Assembly (NCBI GenBank): GCA_965261085.1
Contig: OZ253442.1
Location: 3,808,001-3,872,000, forward strand
Length of the DNA stretch: 64,000 nt
From: a bacterium
Lineage (GTDB): Bacteria; UBA8248
Reading direction: 5' to 3'
This document shows positions 39,312 through 50,795 of this stretch, piece by piece. The notes below the pieces were generated by a model. It was given only the letters and a program-made list of their open reading frames with translations. It was not told the origin of the DNA and made no database searches. Made by a program: the position numbers and the translations under genes. Within the stretch, counting starts at the first letter, position 1. Every line of letters begins with the position of its first letter.

Positions 39312-40128
39312 TTTCCGCCCAGCCGACAACGACGATGCCAATTGCGTCGGCTTCCCGTGTCAAGCGCTCACGATCGATGAGAAAAGTTCGCCCAGCCTCC
39401 AAGATCAACACCGAAGCGCCACCTTCGCGCATCACTTGCAAGGTCTCAAGCCCCACTGTAGGTATGTCGTAGCGCATATCCTGCTTGGGACGGGCCACCT
39501 TACAAACGACAGCCCCTTTCCCGGCAAGAGCGCACCCTCTTCGAATCGCCTCATTCGTACCTTCGACACCCTCCACCGCAACCACCGCTCCTTTGTGAAC
39601 CACCACGGTTTGGCCTATATCTAGCGCAGCAACACTCCGGGCTATCTGGAACGCATATTCCGAACTTTTTCGTTGATTTTGGCGCAACTTCTTTTTCGTG
39701 ATGGTCCCACACGGGGTAATGAGATGCTCGAGATACCTGGTTTGGGGCACCACCTTCATCCCGTTTTCTTCCACAAACTCAATTACAGCATCCATAATTG
39801 TTGCATCGGCCATATTCTTGGCGCTTTTCATGAAGCGCAGAACCGTCAGATCGAAGCGCAAAGATTGAAATAAGAGACTTTTCTCCACCTTTCCCACAAG
39901 CCCTATTTCTTCAACATTCTCATCACTAAAAAACCGGATGATTTTATTCGGCTGGGTGGGAGGTATGTGGACGACGGAATCCGCCTCTCTCGATAATGAA
40001 TCCTTGATTTCAGGGGACAAAGCCACTACCGATACACGCTTGCCTCGTTTTTTCGCACAAGATACAAACTCGGATGACAACCTACCCGAACCTGCAACGA
40101 GGCCTATTCTTTCGTGGGAATCCGGCAT
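39298..40128 (-). CDS. lpxI: UDP-2,3-diacylglucosamine diphosphatase LpxI
   Basis: GLVAGSG, DIGQTVV, AVEGVEGT, QDMRYDIPTVG. Confidence 0.92.
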   Translation of the reverse strand: MPDSHERIGLVAGSGRLSSEFVSCAKKRGKRVSVVALSPEIKDSLSREADSVVHIPPTQPNKIIRFFSDENVEEIGLVGKVEKSLLFQSLRFDLTVLRFMKSAKNMADATIMDAVIEFVEENGMKVVPQTRYLEHLITPCGTITKKKLRQNQRKSSEYAFQIARSVAALDIGQTVVVHKGAVVAVEGVEGTNEAIRRGCALAGKGAVVCKVARPKQDMRYDIPTVGLETLQVMREGGASVLILEAGRTFLIDRERLTREADAIGIVVVGWAENEQG

Positions 40129-40136
40129 TGTGGGTT

Positions 40137-41108
40137 TTAGTGGGTTGAGGGCATGGTGCTTTTCAGCATCTCTACGACACGAATGGCGATATCCAAAGAC
40201 CGCAATTCTTTTTCCGGATCAGAAACAACATCCAGGAGCTGTGCCGATTGCAAAAAATGCCGCAGTTCCAGCTTGAGCGGATTGCCTTTGTGGACAAACA
40301 CTCTTTCAACTTGAAATTGCTCGCGGTATTTGAGCTCCTCACGGGTCAATTGGTGCTCACTCTTCGCTTGACGGTGAATTCTGAGTTCCTGGTCCGCATA
40401 ATCGAGTGTAATGAACGCGTCCGGTTGTGATACGGAAAGTGTCCTGATCTTGTTCTGTGTTACCCGGCTCGCGGTGAGGTTCGCCACACACCCACCGGCA
40501 AAACAAATCTGCACATTCGCCACGTCATCCCGATCAGACAAAACACTCGCGCCGGTAGCCGAGAGCAAATCAATTTCCTCGTCCACCAACCGTAAAACGA
40601 TGTCAAGATCGTGAATCATCAAGTCGAGCACCACGCCGTCTTCCCTTACTCTCGGCGAGAAGGGCCCTAACCTGCGGCATTCAATGAGGGTGGGAGCATC
40701 TACAATGTTGCCCAACTCCTGAACGGCTCCGTTAAATCGCTCCACGTGGCCAATATGAAGAACCAAATTATTATTGGTGGCCAATTCGAACAATTTCCGA
40801 GCATCTTCCAACGTTGTACAAATGGGCTTCTCTACCAATACATGAATGCCATTCTCAAGGAATAGCCGGGAAACCGCAAAATGCTGCAAGGTGGGAACAG
40901 CGATAGTAACCGCATCTACACGACCGATCAGATCGGCGGGATCAGAAAACGCCTCCGCCCCGTATCTATCAGCCAATTCTCGAGCGCGGGCGGGAACCAA
41001 GTCACAAACAGCCACCAAGTTCGCGTCCAAAAGCTCAGAAAGCGCAGCTACATGATAACTACCCATATGGCCAACACCGACGACGCCAACTCGAAGAGAA
41101 TCCAGCAT
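40137..41108 (-). CDS. Gfo/Idh/MocA oxidoreductase, GnnA-like (UDP-GlcNAc 3-dehydrogenase)
   Basis: GVGHMG, EKP, GHVERFN, DLMIHDLD; located between lpxA and lpxI/lpxB. Confidence 0.78.
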   Translation of the reverse strand: MLDSLRVGVVGVGHMGSYHVAALSELLDANLVAVCDLVPARARELADRYGAEAFSDPADLIGRVDAVTIAVPTLQHFAVSRLFLENGIHVLVEKPICTTLEDARKLFELATNNNLVLHIGHVERFNGAVQELGNIVDAPTLIECRRLGPFSPRVREDGVVLDLMIHDLDIVLRLVDEEIDLLSATGASVLSDRDDVANVQICFAGGCVANLTASRVTQNKIRTLSVSQPDAFITLDYADQELRIHRQAKSEHQLTREELKYREQFQVERVFVHKGNPLKLELRHFLQSAQLLDVVSDPEKELRSLDIAIRVVEMLKSTMPSTH

Positions 41109-41135
41109 GGGCTTAACCTCTTTAAAAACTTGCCC

Positions 41136-41918
41136 TTATACGTGGCCTTGATAGATGCCATTCTTCGAATTCCGCACGAATTCTACCACGGATTGAATTT
41201 CCACTCCTAACGGCACCTGCGTTTCTATTTTCTCAATTTTTTGCGCCATCGTGCCCGGTTCGTCGAAAAGGATTTTATACGCTCTCTTTATATCCGCTCT
41301 CACTTCAGCCGAAACGCCGTTTCTGCGCAAACCAACCACATTCAACCCAATCACGCGTAGAGGATCATCCGTCATTTTGACGAATGGCGGTACATCTTTT
41401 CTCGCCGCCGCAGGACCCACGACAATCGCTCCCTGCCCGACTCGCATACGCTGATGCACGCCAAGGAAGTTGGATAGAAAACATTTATTCCCGACTTCCA
41501 CATGCCCTCCCAAAGAACAATGGTTCACCAGGATAACCTCATCACCTACAAGGCAATCGTGGCCCACACTCGCACCGACCATGATGTAGCAGTTTCTGCC
41601 TATTGTCGTGTTTAGACCCTGGTGCATAGAACGGTGGATTGTCGCCGTCTCGCGGATAATCGTCCCCGCTCCGATTTCTACCCCTCCTGAATCGGATGGC
41701 AAATTGACAACTTGCGCTTCCAGGCCGATGACGGCATTCGGAAAAATCCGACACCCCTCCCCTATAACGGCAGGGCCTTGGATGGTTGCGTTCGGCCCGA
41801 TTTCGCATCCATCCCGAAGAATGACATTTGCGCCCACAAAAGTTCCCGGGCCGATTTTTAAATCCTGCCCGAGTTGTGCTTCCGGGTCGATATGAGAAGT
41901 GGGAGCTATATCGTTCAA
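41136..41918 (-). CDS. lpxA: Acyl-ACP--UDP-N-acetylglucosamine acyltransferase
   Basis: Hexapeptide repeats, IRETATIHR, GHDC, GGHVE, VHQ, KDVPPF, GLNVVGLRRNG. Confidence 0.92.
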   Translation of the reverse strand: MNDIAPTSHIDPEAQLGQDLKIGPGTFVGANVILRDGCEIGPNATIQGPAVIGEGCRIFPNAVIGLEAQVVNLPSDSGGVEIGAGTIIRETATIHRSMHQGLNTTIGRNCYIMVGASVGHDCLVGDEVILVNHCSLGGHVEVGNKCFLSNFLGVHQRMRVGQGAIVVGPAAARKDVPPFVKMTDDPLRVIGLNVVGLRRNGVSAEVRADIKRAYKILFDEPGTMAQKIEKIETQVPLGVEIQSVVEFVRNSKNGIYQGHV

Positions 41919-41920
41919 TG

Positions 41921-42361
41921 TTATTGGGATCGGGGAATCGCATAAGCGGTGAAAAGACCTTCTGTGGCTATCTGACCCCCTGCAAATGCCCGCCCCTCAA
42001 ACTTCCACAACGTCCTTTTGTTTCTCAAGAGCTTTACGCGCAACTCCAACAAATCGCCGGGAACAACCGGACGCCTGAACTTTACCTGCTCGATACCAGT
42101 GAAGAAAAATTCAGCCTCGGGCTCGATCAATTTCAACTCAAACAGGCAAATCAAACCGGTTTGCGCCAATGCTTCTATGACCAATACGCCCGGCATGATG
42201 GGATTGCCAGGGAAATGACCCTCTAAATACGGTTCATCTTCGGTGATATTCTTCTGGGCTACTATAGAAATCTCTTCCGGGTCGAGATCTGTTACCCGAT
42301 CAACCAAAAGAAACGGATCCCGGTGCGGGATTAGCTCCTGTATCCGCTGACTATCCATCAT
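41921..42361 (-). CDS. fabZ: 3-hydroxyacyl-ACP dehydratase
   Basis: [33 protein letters not shown]. Confidence 0.96.
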   Translation of the reverse strand: MMDSQRIQELIPHRDPFLLVDRVTDLDPEEISIVAQKNITEDEPYLEGHFPGNPIMPGVLVIEALAQTGLICLFELKLIEPEAEFFFTGIEQVKFRRPVVPGDLLELRVKLLRNKRTLWKFEGRAFAGGQIATEGLFTAYAIPRSQ

Positions 42362-43365
42362 GATTCTAATTTACCAACCCTTTTTTCGAGTTCATTTACT
42401 TTTTTTGAAAGCCTCGGTAAATTTCTCAAAACTGCAATTCGCCTGCGTGCATCACGAATTTCCGTCGCCGGAGAGTGCAGATACACTTTGCCTCCCTCTA
42501 AACTCTTCGGCACACCGGTGCCGGCTCCCAGTTTTGCGCCATCGCCAATTTCGACATGATCCGCTATCCCAACACGGCCGCCCATTATGACGCCTCGACC
42601 AATTTTCGCGCTACCGGAGATGCCCACCTGGCTCGCTAATATACAATCCTCCCCAATCACGACGTTGTGCGCAATTTGCACCAGGTTGTCGATTTTCGTA
42701 CCACGGCCGATTCTCGTTTCTCTTAAGGTCGCCCGATCGATCGTGCTATTCGCCCCGATTTCCACATCATCCTCAATGACAACCGTGCCCGTTTGAGGGT
42801 ATTTAAAAATACGGCCTTCCTCATCGGGCATATATCCAAACCCGTCCGCTCCAACGACGACTCCCGCATGAAGAATCACTCTGGACCCTATTTCCACTTC
42901 AGCATACAAAACACAATTCGGATATATATAACATTCAGAGCCTATCCTCACGTTTTGGTCGATATGTACACCCGCCCCGATATAGGAACCATCGCCCACC
43001 ACAACACCACTGGCAAGAGATGCGAATGGCCCTATATGAACATCATCTCCCACCCGGGCCGTATCGGAGATGCTGGCGTTGGCATCAATCCCCGGCTGGA
43101 ATTTTCGAGGCGGACGAAACAACAGGACCGCACGGGCAAAAGATAAGCGAGGGTTTCTTGTAGAAATACAGGGGCGTTCAATTTTTAGCCCATGGGGGGC
43201 GATAAGGGCGCCCGCATCAGAGTGCGTGTCAAGTTTTTTCGCTGACTCCACGTAACTCAAATCATTTGGCGATGCTTTTTCATATTCGGCCACGTCCTGT
43301 AGATCTACATTCCCGTCGCCGATCAATTCCCCGCCGAGCAGATTCGCAATCTCAGCCAGAAACAT
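42358..43365 (-). CDS. lpxD: UDP-3-O-(3-hydroxyacyl)glucosamine N-acyltransferase
   Basis: [33 protein letters not shown]. Confidence 0.96.
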   Translation of the reverse strand: MFLAEIANLLGGELIGDGNVDLQDVAEYEKASPNDLSYVESAKKLDTHSDAGALIAPHGLKIERPCISTRNPRLSFARAVLLFRPPRKFQPGIDANASISDTARVGDDVHIGPFASLASGVVVGDGSYIGAGVHIDQNVRIGSECYIYPNCVLYAEVEIGSRVILHAGVVVGADGFGYMPDEEGRIFKYPQTGTVVIEDDVEIGANSTIDRATLRETRIGRGTKIDNLVQIAHNVVIGEDCILASQVGISGSAKIGRGVIMGGRVGIADHVEIGDGAKLGAGTGVPKSLEGGKVYLHSPATEIRDARRRIAVLRNLPRLSKKVNELEKRVGKLES

Positions 43366-43366
43366 T

Positions 43367-43957
43367 TCATTTCTTCTTCTGATCGTACAGCTTTATCACC
43401 TTTTCCGTCAGATCCACTCCCGGATTGTAAAACAAAACACCACCGGAGGTAGTGTCTACAATGACATCCAAACCACCTTGCTTTCCAATTGCATGAACAA
43501 TGTCTTTTATCTCTTTGAGTACCTTAGTCACGGCTATCCTTCGGCGCTCTTCAAGATCTCGTTGGCTCTCTCGCAACAATCTCCGCAGATTGTCCTGCTC
43601 ACGCGCGATCTCCCTCCTTTGGGATCGCAGTTCGAACGCCTTGCGCTCTTTTTCTTCCTGCCGCCAAATCGCGCTTTTCTGGTCGATCTCCAACTGCAAG
43701 TCTCGCACTTTATTCGCAATTTGAGCCAAATCATCGCGCCTTTTCCGAATCGTGGCTTCGAGCCTCTTTTTCTCACTGTCCAAAGACGAACTCGCTACCC
43801 GGCCGCCTTTTGAAATTCGTAACACGCGCTGAATATTGACGACGCCATATTTCGTATCCGCCGATTCCACATCACCTGCATAAGTAAATACAAAAAATAT
43901 GGATGGGAGTAAAACCAATAAACCAAACCGCCTCACGTTGAACATCCTCCATCCCAA
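43367..43957 (-). CDS. skp: Periplasmic chaperone Skp/OmpH
   Basis: Signal peptide, [10 protein letters not shown], coiled coil, VDLTEKVI; located between bamA and lpxD. Confidence 0.88.
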   Translation of the reverse strand: MGWRMFNVRRFGLLVLLPSIFFVFTYAGDVESADTKYGVVNIQRVLRISKGGRVASSSLDSEKKRLEATIRKRRDDLAQIANKVRDLQLEIDQKSAIWRQEEKERKAFELRSQRREIAREQDNLRRLLRESQRDLEERRRIAVTKVLKEIKDIVHAIGKQGGLDVIVDTTSGGVLFYNPGVDLTEKVIKLYDQKKK

Positions 43958-43980
43958 AGATTATGTCGGCACACCTAAAT

Positions 43981-46296
43981 CTAAAACGCAGCCCCGATTC
44001 CCAGATGCGTTTCTCTCCTGCGCTCGTTCGTTTTTCTGTCCAGCTTATATCCGATATCCAGCCGCATGGGACCGATAGGCGTCACGATGCGCAAACCGAC
44101 CCCAGCACCTAACCGCAAATCACCTAAATCAAACGCATTATCCTCATCCCAAATGTTTCCCATATCGAAGAAAACCGCGACTTGGGTTGGACCGATGAAA
44201 GGATGTGTCAATTCAACGGACGCAAGAACGGCAGAGAATCCACCTATGGCTTCGCCCTGGGTATCCTTCGGCCCCAGGTCGCTGGAACTGAAGCCTCGGA
44301 CGGCGTGTCTTCTGCTGGCGTATAAACGACGGAACGCGGGCACTTCGTCCTTGAACGAATCAACATAGCGGAGGTTTCCTCTCAGACTCAAAACCAAATC
44401 CCGTAAAATGCGGATCCGGAAACGCTCCCCAATGTTATGGTATTGTCTGAATTCCGCTTCAGTGGAGAATACGTCCACATTTCCACCCAATATTGAAGTA
44501 GAAATTGTGGTGCCAACACTCCAGTACGTACCATCCGTCGGGAAAATAGGTCTGTTCAGGCTATCGTAGACCAACCTCGGAATGATGCTGCTTTCGAGAA
44601 AAGTTTCTCCATCCTGCTCAAGAATCGTGGATGTCGCCGTGTCATCAACGTTGCTAATAAGGGATTCCGCGATCTCATAAGAGACGAAAGCCCTCAAAAA
44701 TTCCTGAAATTCCTTGCCAACCGTGATTCGGGCACCCTGCCTCTCGTTGTCAAAGGTTTCATATTCCTGATCCACAAAAAACAGGCTGCCCCCAAGTGAG
44801 TACCCGGAGTCTCGAAAATTTGGGTCGAAGTATTCCGCAACCAAATCAAAGCGCTCGGAAGAAATTCTGGTGAATAATGAACCAACCAAGCCCATGCCGA
44901 ATAAATTTGACTCTCTTATTTCACCTTGCCCATAAAAACCCTCGTCACTATTGATACCGATGCCACCTGTTATCGAGCCGGTTGGCTTCTCCTTCACCTC
45001 AATTTCGATATCGAGTATTTCATCACTACCAGGGCGCCGTTTTTCAACGACTTTCACCGTTTCGAAATAATTCTTGCGAACGAGACGCCGACGCGTCAGA
45101 TCCAATCCTTTCTTGCTATACAGGGACCCTTCGATAACGCGAACATCTCTACGAATTACATTCTCACGAGTACGGGTATTGCCTTTTACCCCCACTTTTC
45201 CGATGTATACTCTTCGCCCTTTATTGATTCGAATTGTAATGTCGACCGTCTTCTTCTTGTCGTCTGTTTTCGTGAAACTATTGACATCTACAAACGCATA
45301 GCCACGGTTCGAAAATTGATTTGTTATCGCTTGCACATCGGATATTAAGCGGGATTTGTTGAAAACATCACCCCCAAAGAGAAGCATCTTCCCCCCAATC
45401 TCTTCCCGGGGAATGACATCCTCTCCACCACGAATATCAATTTTTGCAATTTGGTACCGAGACCCCTCGCTGATGGGTATCGTTATAGATATCCGGCCTT
45501 TTTCCCGGTCCTCGCGAATGGTGGGCTGCCCGACCTGAACTTTGGCGTACCCGCGACTCTCATACAATAAGCGAATCCGCACCAAATCCCTTTGCAATTC
45601 ATCTTCGTTAAATATCCCTGAACTCGTAAGAAATGAGAAAATGCCCGATTCACTGGTTTCCATGGCTTTGAGCAAATCTCTTTTAGAGACATTGTCGCTG
45701 CCTTCAAAATTGATTGCGCCTATTAGTACACTTTCACCTTCATCTATCAAGATCGTGACAGCCACTGTATTCTGGCCGCTTTCTTTCAGAACAGCTTCTA
45801 TGCGTGCGAAATAATGGCCTAGTTCTTGATATAATTTTCGGATGTTACGGACTGTTTCTTTCAGGATGGATTCACTGACAATGGTTTGAACTTTTACCGT
45901 GACACGCTCGCGGATTTTTTCAAGGTCTACACTACTGTTTCCAATGATTTCAATCTGGTTGATCGTGGGCTTTTCGCTGAGTTGATAAATTACGCGGAGT
46001 CCCCCTTCCAGAGACTCCACTTGAACTTTCACGTCACGGAAAAATCCCAGTTTGTATATCGCTCGAACATCCGCGCGGGTTTGCTTGACCAATTCTGTGT
46101 TGGTGTAGCTGTTCCCCTCTTTCAGCCGAACGTAAAAAAGAACCGTAGAGCGATCAACCCGACGATTCCCTTTCACTTCAATGGACCGTATCGTGATGGC
46201 CGGTGAGGCCGACTGCCCTATCGCCTCATGAGAAACGGCAAGAAGCAACATGACGGCCAAAACGGCGCAGGCCAGCACCTTCGCCGCAAAGCGCAT
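43981..46296 (-). CDS. bamA: Outer membrane protein assembly factor BamA
   Basis: POTRA repeats (GNRRV, GNTRTRENVIRR), VRGF, TPIGPMRLDIG, C-terminal F; start chosen at MRFAAK. Confidence 0.95.
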   Translation of the reverse strand: MRFAAKVLACAVLAVMLLLAVSHEAIGQSASPAITIRSIEVKGNRRVDRSTVLFYVRLKEGNSYTNTELVKQTRADVRAIYKLGFFRDVKVQVESLEGGLRVIYQLSEKPTINQIEIIGNSSVDLEKIRERVTVKVQTIVSESILKETVRNIRKLYQELGHYFARIEAVLKESGQNTVAVTILIDEGESVLIGAINFEGSDNVSKRDLLKAMETSESGIFSFLTSSGIFNEDELQRDLVRIRLLYESRGYAKVQVGQPTIREDREKGRISITIPISEGSRYQIAKIDIRGGEDVIPREEIGGKMLLFGGDVFNKSRLISDVQAITNQFSNRGYAFVDVNSFTKTDDKKKTVDITIRINKGRRVYIGKVGVKGNTRTRENVIRRDVRVIEGSLYSKKGLDLTRRRLVRKNYFETVKVVEKRRPGSDEILDIEIEVKEKPTGSITGGIGINSDEGFYGQGEIRESNLFGMGLVGSLFTRISSERFDLVAEYFDPNFRDSGYSLGGSLFFVDQEYETFDNERQGARITVGKEFQEFLRAFVSYEIAESLISNVDDTATSTILEQDGETFLESSIIPRLVYDSLNRPIFPTDGTYWSVGTTISTSILGGNVDVFSTEAEFRQYHNIGERFRIRILRDLVLSLRGNLRYVDSFKDEVPAFRRLYASRRHAVRGFSSSDLGPKDTQGEAIGGFSAVLASVELTHPFIGPTQVAVFFDMGNIWDEDNAFDLGDLRLGAGVGLRIVTPIGPMRLDIGYKLDRKTNERRRETHLGIGAAF

Positions 46297-46348
46297 AAGA
46301 CCACCCCCCGAGGAAGAAGGGGAAACCAGTTTCAACTTTTCAGTGAAA

Positions 46349-48793
46349 CTATAGATCTTGGACACTAAGCACTTCCGTGTCTTCTTTCAATTCGAATACC
46401 AATTCATCCCCAGCCAACTTCGCTAGGATCGTTCCCCCATCCTGGAATTTACCATGCAAAACTTCTTCGCTGAGGGTGTCTTCGATGTGTCTCTGGATGA
46501 CGCGACGCAGAGGCCTTGCTCCATAAGCCGGCTCAAACCCCTGTTTGGCAAGCCACTCTTTGACCTCTTCGCTCAGTTCAATCGTCATTTCCTTTACATT
46601 CAGCGTCTCATTGACCTTGGCAATTTCAATATCCACGATTTTCAGGATGTCCTCATGGGTCAATGGACGGAAGATGATGACATCATCAACCCGGTTCAGG
46701 AACTCGGGATTGAAGGTGCGCTTCAGCTCATCGCGAATACTGTCTTTAATCTTGTCGAAGCCAAGGCCTGCGTCCACCTTCTGGAATCCGAGGGATGTGC
46801 CTTTCTCAATGGATCGGGCCGCCAAATTCGAAGTCATGATGATGACGGTGTTCTTGAAGTCGATGTTGCGGCCATAGCTGTCCGTGAGCAGACCATCGTC
46901 CATCACCTGCAACAAGACATGGTAGACATCGGGGTGCGCCTTCTCGATCTCATCGAGCAGTATAACGGAGTAAGGCTTTCTGCGAACGCGCTCGGTGAGC
47001 TGTCCCCCCTCCTCGTAACCGACGTATCCCGGAGGCGCTCCGGTGAGGCGGGAGACGTTGAATCTCTCCATGTATTCACTCATGTCAATGCGAATGAGGG
47101 CGTTCGGGTCGCCGAACATGAACTGGGCGAGCATTCTGGCCATCTCGGTCTTGCCCACGCCCGTGGGGCCCAGGAACAAGAAGCTGCCGATCGGCCTTTT
47201 GGGCCCTTTCAGGCCGGCGCGCGCCCGGCGAACCGCCTTCGTCAAAGCGCGCGTGGCTTCTTCTTGCCCGATGATGTGGCTATTCAACTCCTCTTCCATC
47301 CGGAGAAGACGTGCGTTCTCCACTTCTCCGATGCGCTGCAACGGAATCCCGGTCATCCGGCTGACCACATAAGCCACATCCTCGTCTGTGACAAACGGCT
47401 CTTCATCCGTTTGACCCGCCTCCCATTCCGCTTTCAACTCGTCAAGCCTGCTTCTGTCCTGCTCTTCCTGGTCGCGTAACTCGACGGCCTTTTCAAAATC
47501 CTGTTTCTCGATCATATCTTTTTTGGTGCGAGCCGTTTCTTCAATTTGGCGCTGAAGATCCCGAATGTTGCTCGGGAAGGTTTCTTTCTCAAGACGAACC
47601 TTGCTGCACGCCTCATCGATGACGTCTATCGCCTTATCCGGCAAGAAGCGATCCGACACGTATTGGGACGACAGGCGAACGGCGGAGACAAGCGCCTCAT
47701 CCGTCAACTGCGCGCGGTGGTGTTTCTCATATCTGTCTCTCAGACCCTTCAGTATGCTGACCGTATCATCCACAGACGGTGGATCCACCATTACAGATTG
47801 GAAACGACGCTCTAAAGCGCCGTTTTTCTCGATGTACTTTCGATACTCATCCAGCGTGGTGGCGCCGATGCACTGAACTTCTCCACGGCTGAGCGCGGGT
47901 TTCAACATGTTCGAAGCATCTATGGAGCCTTCCGCCGCGCCTGCACCCACCAAAGTATGCAGCTCATCGATGAAGATAATCACATCCTGGCTCTGCGTGA
48001 TCTCCTTCATGATGGCCTTCAAGCGCGCTTCGAACTGTCCACGATACTTCGTTCCCGCAACCAAAGCGCCCAGATCAAGCTGAACCACGCGCTTGTTGTA
48101 CAAAATCTGGGGAACATCTTTCGACATGATTGATTGCGCCAAACCCTCGACAATCGCCGTTTTCCCTACGCCGGGCTCTCCGATCAAGACAGGGTTGTTT
48201 TTCGTCCGTCGCGCGAGAATCTGGATGACGCGCTCGATTTCCTGCTCCCGACCGATGACGGGATCGAGTTTCCCCTCATCGGCAAATTCCGTAAGATCGC
48301 GCCCAAACTCATCGAGCGCCGGCGTCTTGCTCTTCTCACGAGAACGCGCCGCCACAGGCTCCCTGAGGAGATTGATGGTCTGCTCTCGCGTTTGCTGGAG
48401 TTTTACGCCGAAGCTGGCCAGAATTTTAGCCGCCAATCCGTCTTTCTCTCTCACGATGCCCAACAACAGATGCTCGGTGCCGATATAGTTGTGGCCCATC
48501 AGACGGGCCTCTTCGACGGCGTATTCAAGTACTTTTTTCGCTTTAGGGGTAAACGGGATGTCCCCTTCCACGGGGCCGCTCAAACTCTTGGGTAGATTAC
48601 GTTCAAGCTCCAGCCGAAGCTGCTTGGGGTCGACCCCCAGCTTCTGCAAAACGGCTATGGCGATTCCACCCCCGTCCTTCAGCACACCAAGCAGTATGTG
48701 TTCGGTTCCCAGATATTCGTGCCGGTAGTGCTCCGCCTCTTCTCTGGCCAAGATAATGACTTTTCGGGCGCGCTCAGTGAATCGCTTGAACAT
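46349..48793 (-). CDS. clpC: ATP-dependent Clp protease ATP-binding subunit ClpC
   Basis: [12 protein letters not shown], Clp-N repeats, two AAA modules, UVR-like middle domain ([11 protein letters not shown]), LGF loop. Confidence 0.95.
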   Translation of the reverse strand: MFKRFTERARKVIILAREEAEHYRHEYLGTEHILLGVLKDGGGIAIAVLQKLGVDPKQLRLELERNLPKSLSGPVEGDIPFTPKAKKVLEYAVEEARLMGHNYIGTEHLLLGIVREKDGLAAKILASFGVKLQQTREQTINLLREPVAARSREKSKTPALDEFGRDLTEFADEGKLDPVIGREQEIERVIQILARRTKNNPVLIGEPGVGKTAIVEGLAQSIMSKDVPQILYNKRVVQLDLGALVAGTKYRGQFEARLKAIMKEITQSQDVIIFIDELHTLVGAGAAEGSIDASNMLKPALSRGEVQCIGATTLDEYRKYIEKNGALERRFQSVMVDPPSVDDTVSILKGLRDRYEKHHRAQLTDEALVSAVRLSSQYVSDRFLPDKAIDVIDEACSKVRLEKETFPSNIRDLQRQIEETARTKKDMIEKQDFEKAVELRDQEEQDRSRLDELKAEWEAGQTDEEPFVTDEDVAYVVSRMTGIPLQRIGEVENARLLRMEEELNSHIIGQEEATRALTKAVRRARAGLKGPKRPIGSFLFLGPTGVGKTEMARMLAQFMFGDPNALIRIDMSEYMERFNVSRLTGAPPGYVGYEEGGQLTERVRRKPYSVILLDEIEKAHPDVYHVLLQVMDDGLLTDSYGRNIDFKNTVIIMTSNLAARSIEKGTSLGFQKVDAGLGFDKIKDSIRDELKRTFNPEFLNRVDDVIIFRPLTHEDILKIVDIEIAKVNETLNVKEMTIELSEEVKEWLAKQGFEPAYGARPLRRVIQRHIEDTLSEEVLHGKFQDGGTILAKLAGDELVFELKEDTEVLSVQDL

Positions 48794-48803
48794 ACGGCCC
48801 TCC

Positions 48804-49538
48804 TTACTTTTTGTCGGCTATTTTCCCGTCCACCACGGCGATCACACGATCCATTTTTTCCGCCATCGAATTATTGTGCGTCGCCACCAAAATCGTTTGC
48901 CTGCTTCTTTCGTTAATCTCTTGAAGCAATTCAAATATCGTTTCCGCGGTTGCTGAATCCAAATTCCCCGTTGGTTCATCCGCGAGTACTACAGAAGGAT
49001 TGTTAATTAACGCGCGTGCAATAGCAACCCTTTGTTGCTCTCCTCCGGAGAGTTCTCCGGGCCGATGATTCCATCTATCGGCCAAGCCTATCCGGCTTAA
49101 CAATTCCTTCGCCTGCTCCTCCACCTCTTTTTTCCGGGCGCCACGAAGCAACCCGGGTATCATAACATTTTCCAGCCCGGAAAACTCCGGCAACAAGTGA
49201 TGAAACTGGAATACGAAACCTACATACTGATTTCTCAATTGAGCCAATTCGGCTTCTGAGCAATCAGAGAGGCTTTTGCCCTCGAGAATCACTTCGCCTT
49301 TCGTCGGCCTGTCGAGTGCTCCCAAAAGATGGAGCAAGGTGGTTTTTCCCGCTCCCGAGACCCCCATGATGGCCACCATCTCGCCCTGCCCAACTTCGAG
49401 ATCGACTCCGCTCAGAGCCATCACCTCGCCGCTGCCCATGGTGTATGATTTTTCCAGTCCCCTGGTGACGATTACCTGCGGCAACACACCCTCTGGTGAA
49501 ACAGACTCACTCATCTCCAATGTGCGCGAATCAACCAT
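48804..49538 (-). CDS. lolD: Lipoprotein-releasing ABC ATPase LolD
   Basis: GVSGAGKTT, GFVFQFHHLLPEF, ADEPTGNLD. Confidence 0.92.
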   Translation of the reverse strand: MVDSRTLEMSESVSPEGVLPQVIVTRGLEKSYTMGSGEVMALSGVDLEVGQGEMVAIMGVSGAGKTTLLHLLGALDRPTKGEVILEGKSLSDCSEAELAQLRNQYVGFVFQFHHLLPEFSGLENVMIPGLLRGARKKEVEEQAKELLSRIGLADRWNHRPGELSGGEQQRVAIARALINNPSVVLADEPTGNLDSATAETIFELLQEINERSRQTILVATHNNSMAEKMDRVIAVVDGKIADKK

Positions 49539-50793
49539 AACGGAGATTTTCTACCGGATCGACGCGAGAAGCTCGCCATGCTGGATAAAGTGTCGCCGCC
49601 AAACAGATCAAAAAAGCAGATACTGCAGTAACAGAGACATCAAAAGGCGTCATCTGCACCGGTAATTTCTCTATATGGTAAACGCTGGGGGGTAGGATGT
49701 CCAGACCAAACACGCGTTCTAAAAAATCCTCAACCACATGGAGATTCCACCCCACAACGAGGCCTCCACCGGTTCCCAAAACAGCACCCAACAGACCTAT
49801 AAAAGCGCCTTGAACGAAAAATATCCTTAAAATTGCGCCGCTCGTAGCCCCCATCGACTTCAAGATCGCGATTTCACGCCCTTTTTCCATCACCACCATG
49901 ACCAGTGAGCCGATGATGTTGAAAGCGGCCACAACGACGACGAGAAGCAGAAGGATGGTGAGGGTGGTTTTTTCCGTTTTTAACGCGGAAAACAGGTTGC
50001 GATTCATTTCCTGCCAGGAGCGCGATAAATACGCCCCCGAGAGAGTTCCCTGAATTTTGCGAGAAATGCGCTCGGCCGAAAAAATGTCCTTCACGCGCAA
50101 ATGCACCCCCGTTACGGAATTGCCGAATCCAAAGAATTTCTGGCTTTCTTTCATCGAGATAAACGCGAGGCTGGCATCGTATTGATAAAACCCGCTACGA
50201 AAGATTCCCACCACCTGAAACTTTTTCGTTCGGGGCACCAGGCCCATCGGCGTAATCACCCCCACGGGGCTGACCATCGTCACCGCATCACCCACTTTGA
50301 GGGACAAGTTTTTCGCGAGTTCGCCCCCAAGAATAACGCCGGGCTTGCCCGTGCTGTTTTTCTCCGAAATCTTTTTTAACGCACCATCCTTCAAGTACCT
50401 TTTGATGTCCGTCACGTCGATTTCCCGAGCCGGCACAATCCCGCGCACCACCGCGCCCATCACACGGTTATTGAATGAGAACATCGCCTGTCCATACACA
50501 AAAGGACTCGCCGCCATTACGCCCTCTTGATTGCCCGTTTTTTGCAGGACATCGTGCCATTTTCTCATCAAAGAAGCGCCTGATTTCGTTATGACAATAT
50601 GACTTTGCGTGCCCAGGATTTTGTCACGAAATTCCCGCTGAAACCCCGTCATGACTCCCACGACGACGATGAGCGTGGCGACACCCAGCGCTATGCCCAA
50701 TACGGAGATCCAGGTAGTAAGTGAAACAAAGGCAAATTTGCTCCGCGAGCGCAAATGCCTGAAACCAATGAACAGTTCTGTTGAAAAGGTCAT
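49531..50793 (-). CDS. lolE: Lipoprotein-releasing ABC permease LolC/E
   Basis: GIALGVATLIVV..VMTGF, NLFSALKTEK, AAFNII, YPAWRA. Confidence 0.9.
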   Translation of the reverse strand: MTFSTELFIGFRHLRSRSKFAFVSLTTWISVLGIALGVATLIVVVGVMTGFQREFRDKILGTQSHIVITKSGASLMRKWHDVLQKTGNQEGVMAASPFVYGQAMFSFNNRVMGAVVRGIVPAREIDVTDIKRYLKDGALKKISEKNSTGKPGVILGGELAKNLSLKVGDAVTMVSPVGVITPMGLVPRTKKFQVVGIFRSGFYQYDASLAFISMKESQKFFGFGNSVTGVHLRVKDIFSAERISRKIQGTLSGAYLSRSWQEMNRNLFSALKTEKTTLTILLLLVVVVAAFNIIGSLVMVVMEKGREIAILKSMGATSGAILRIFFVQGAFIGLLGAVLGTGGGLVVGWNLHVVEDFLERVFGLDILPPSVYHIEKLPVQMTPFDVSVTAVSAFLICLAATLYPAWRASRVDPVENLRYG

Positions 50794-50795
50794 CT

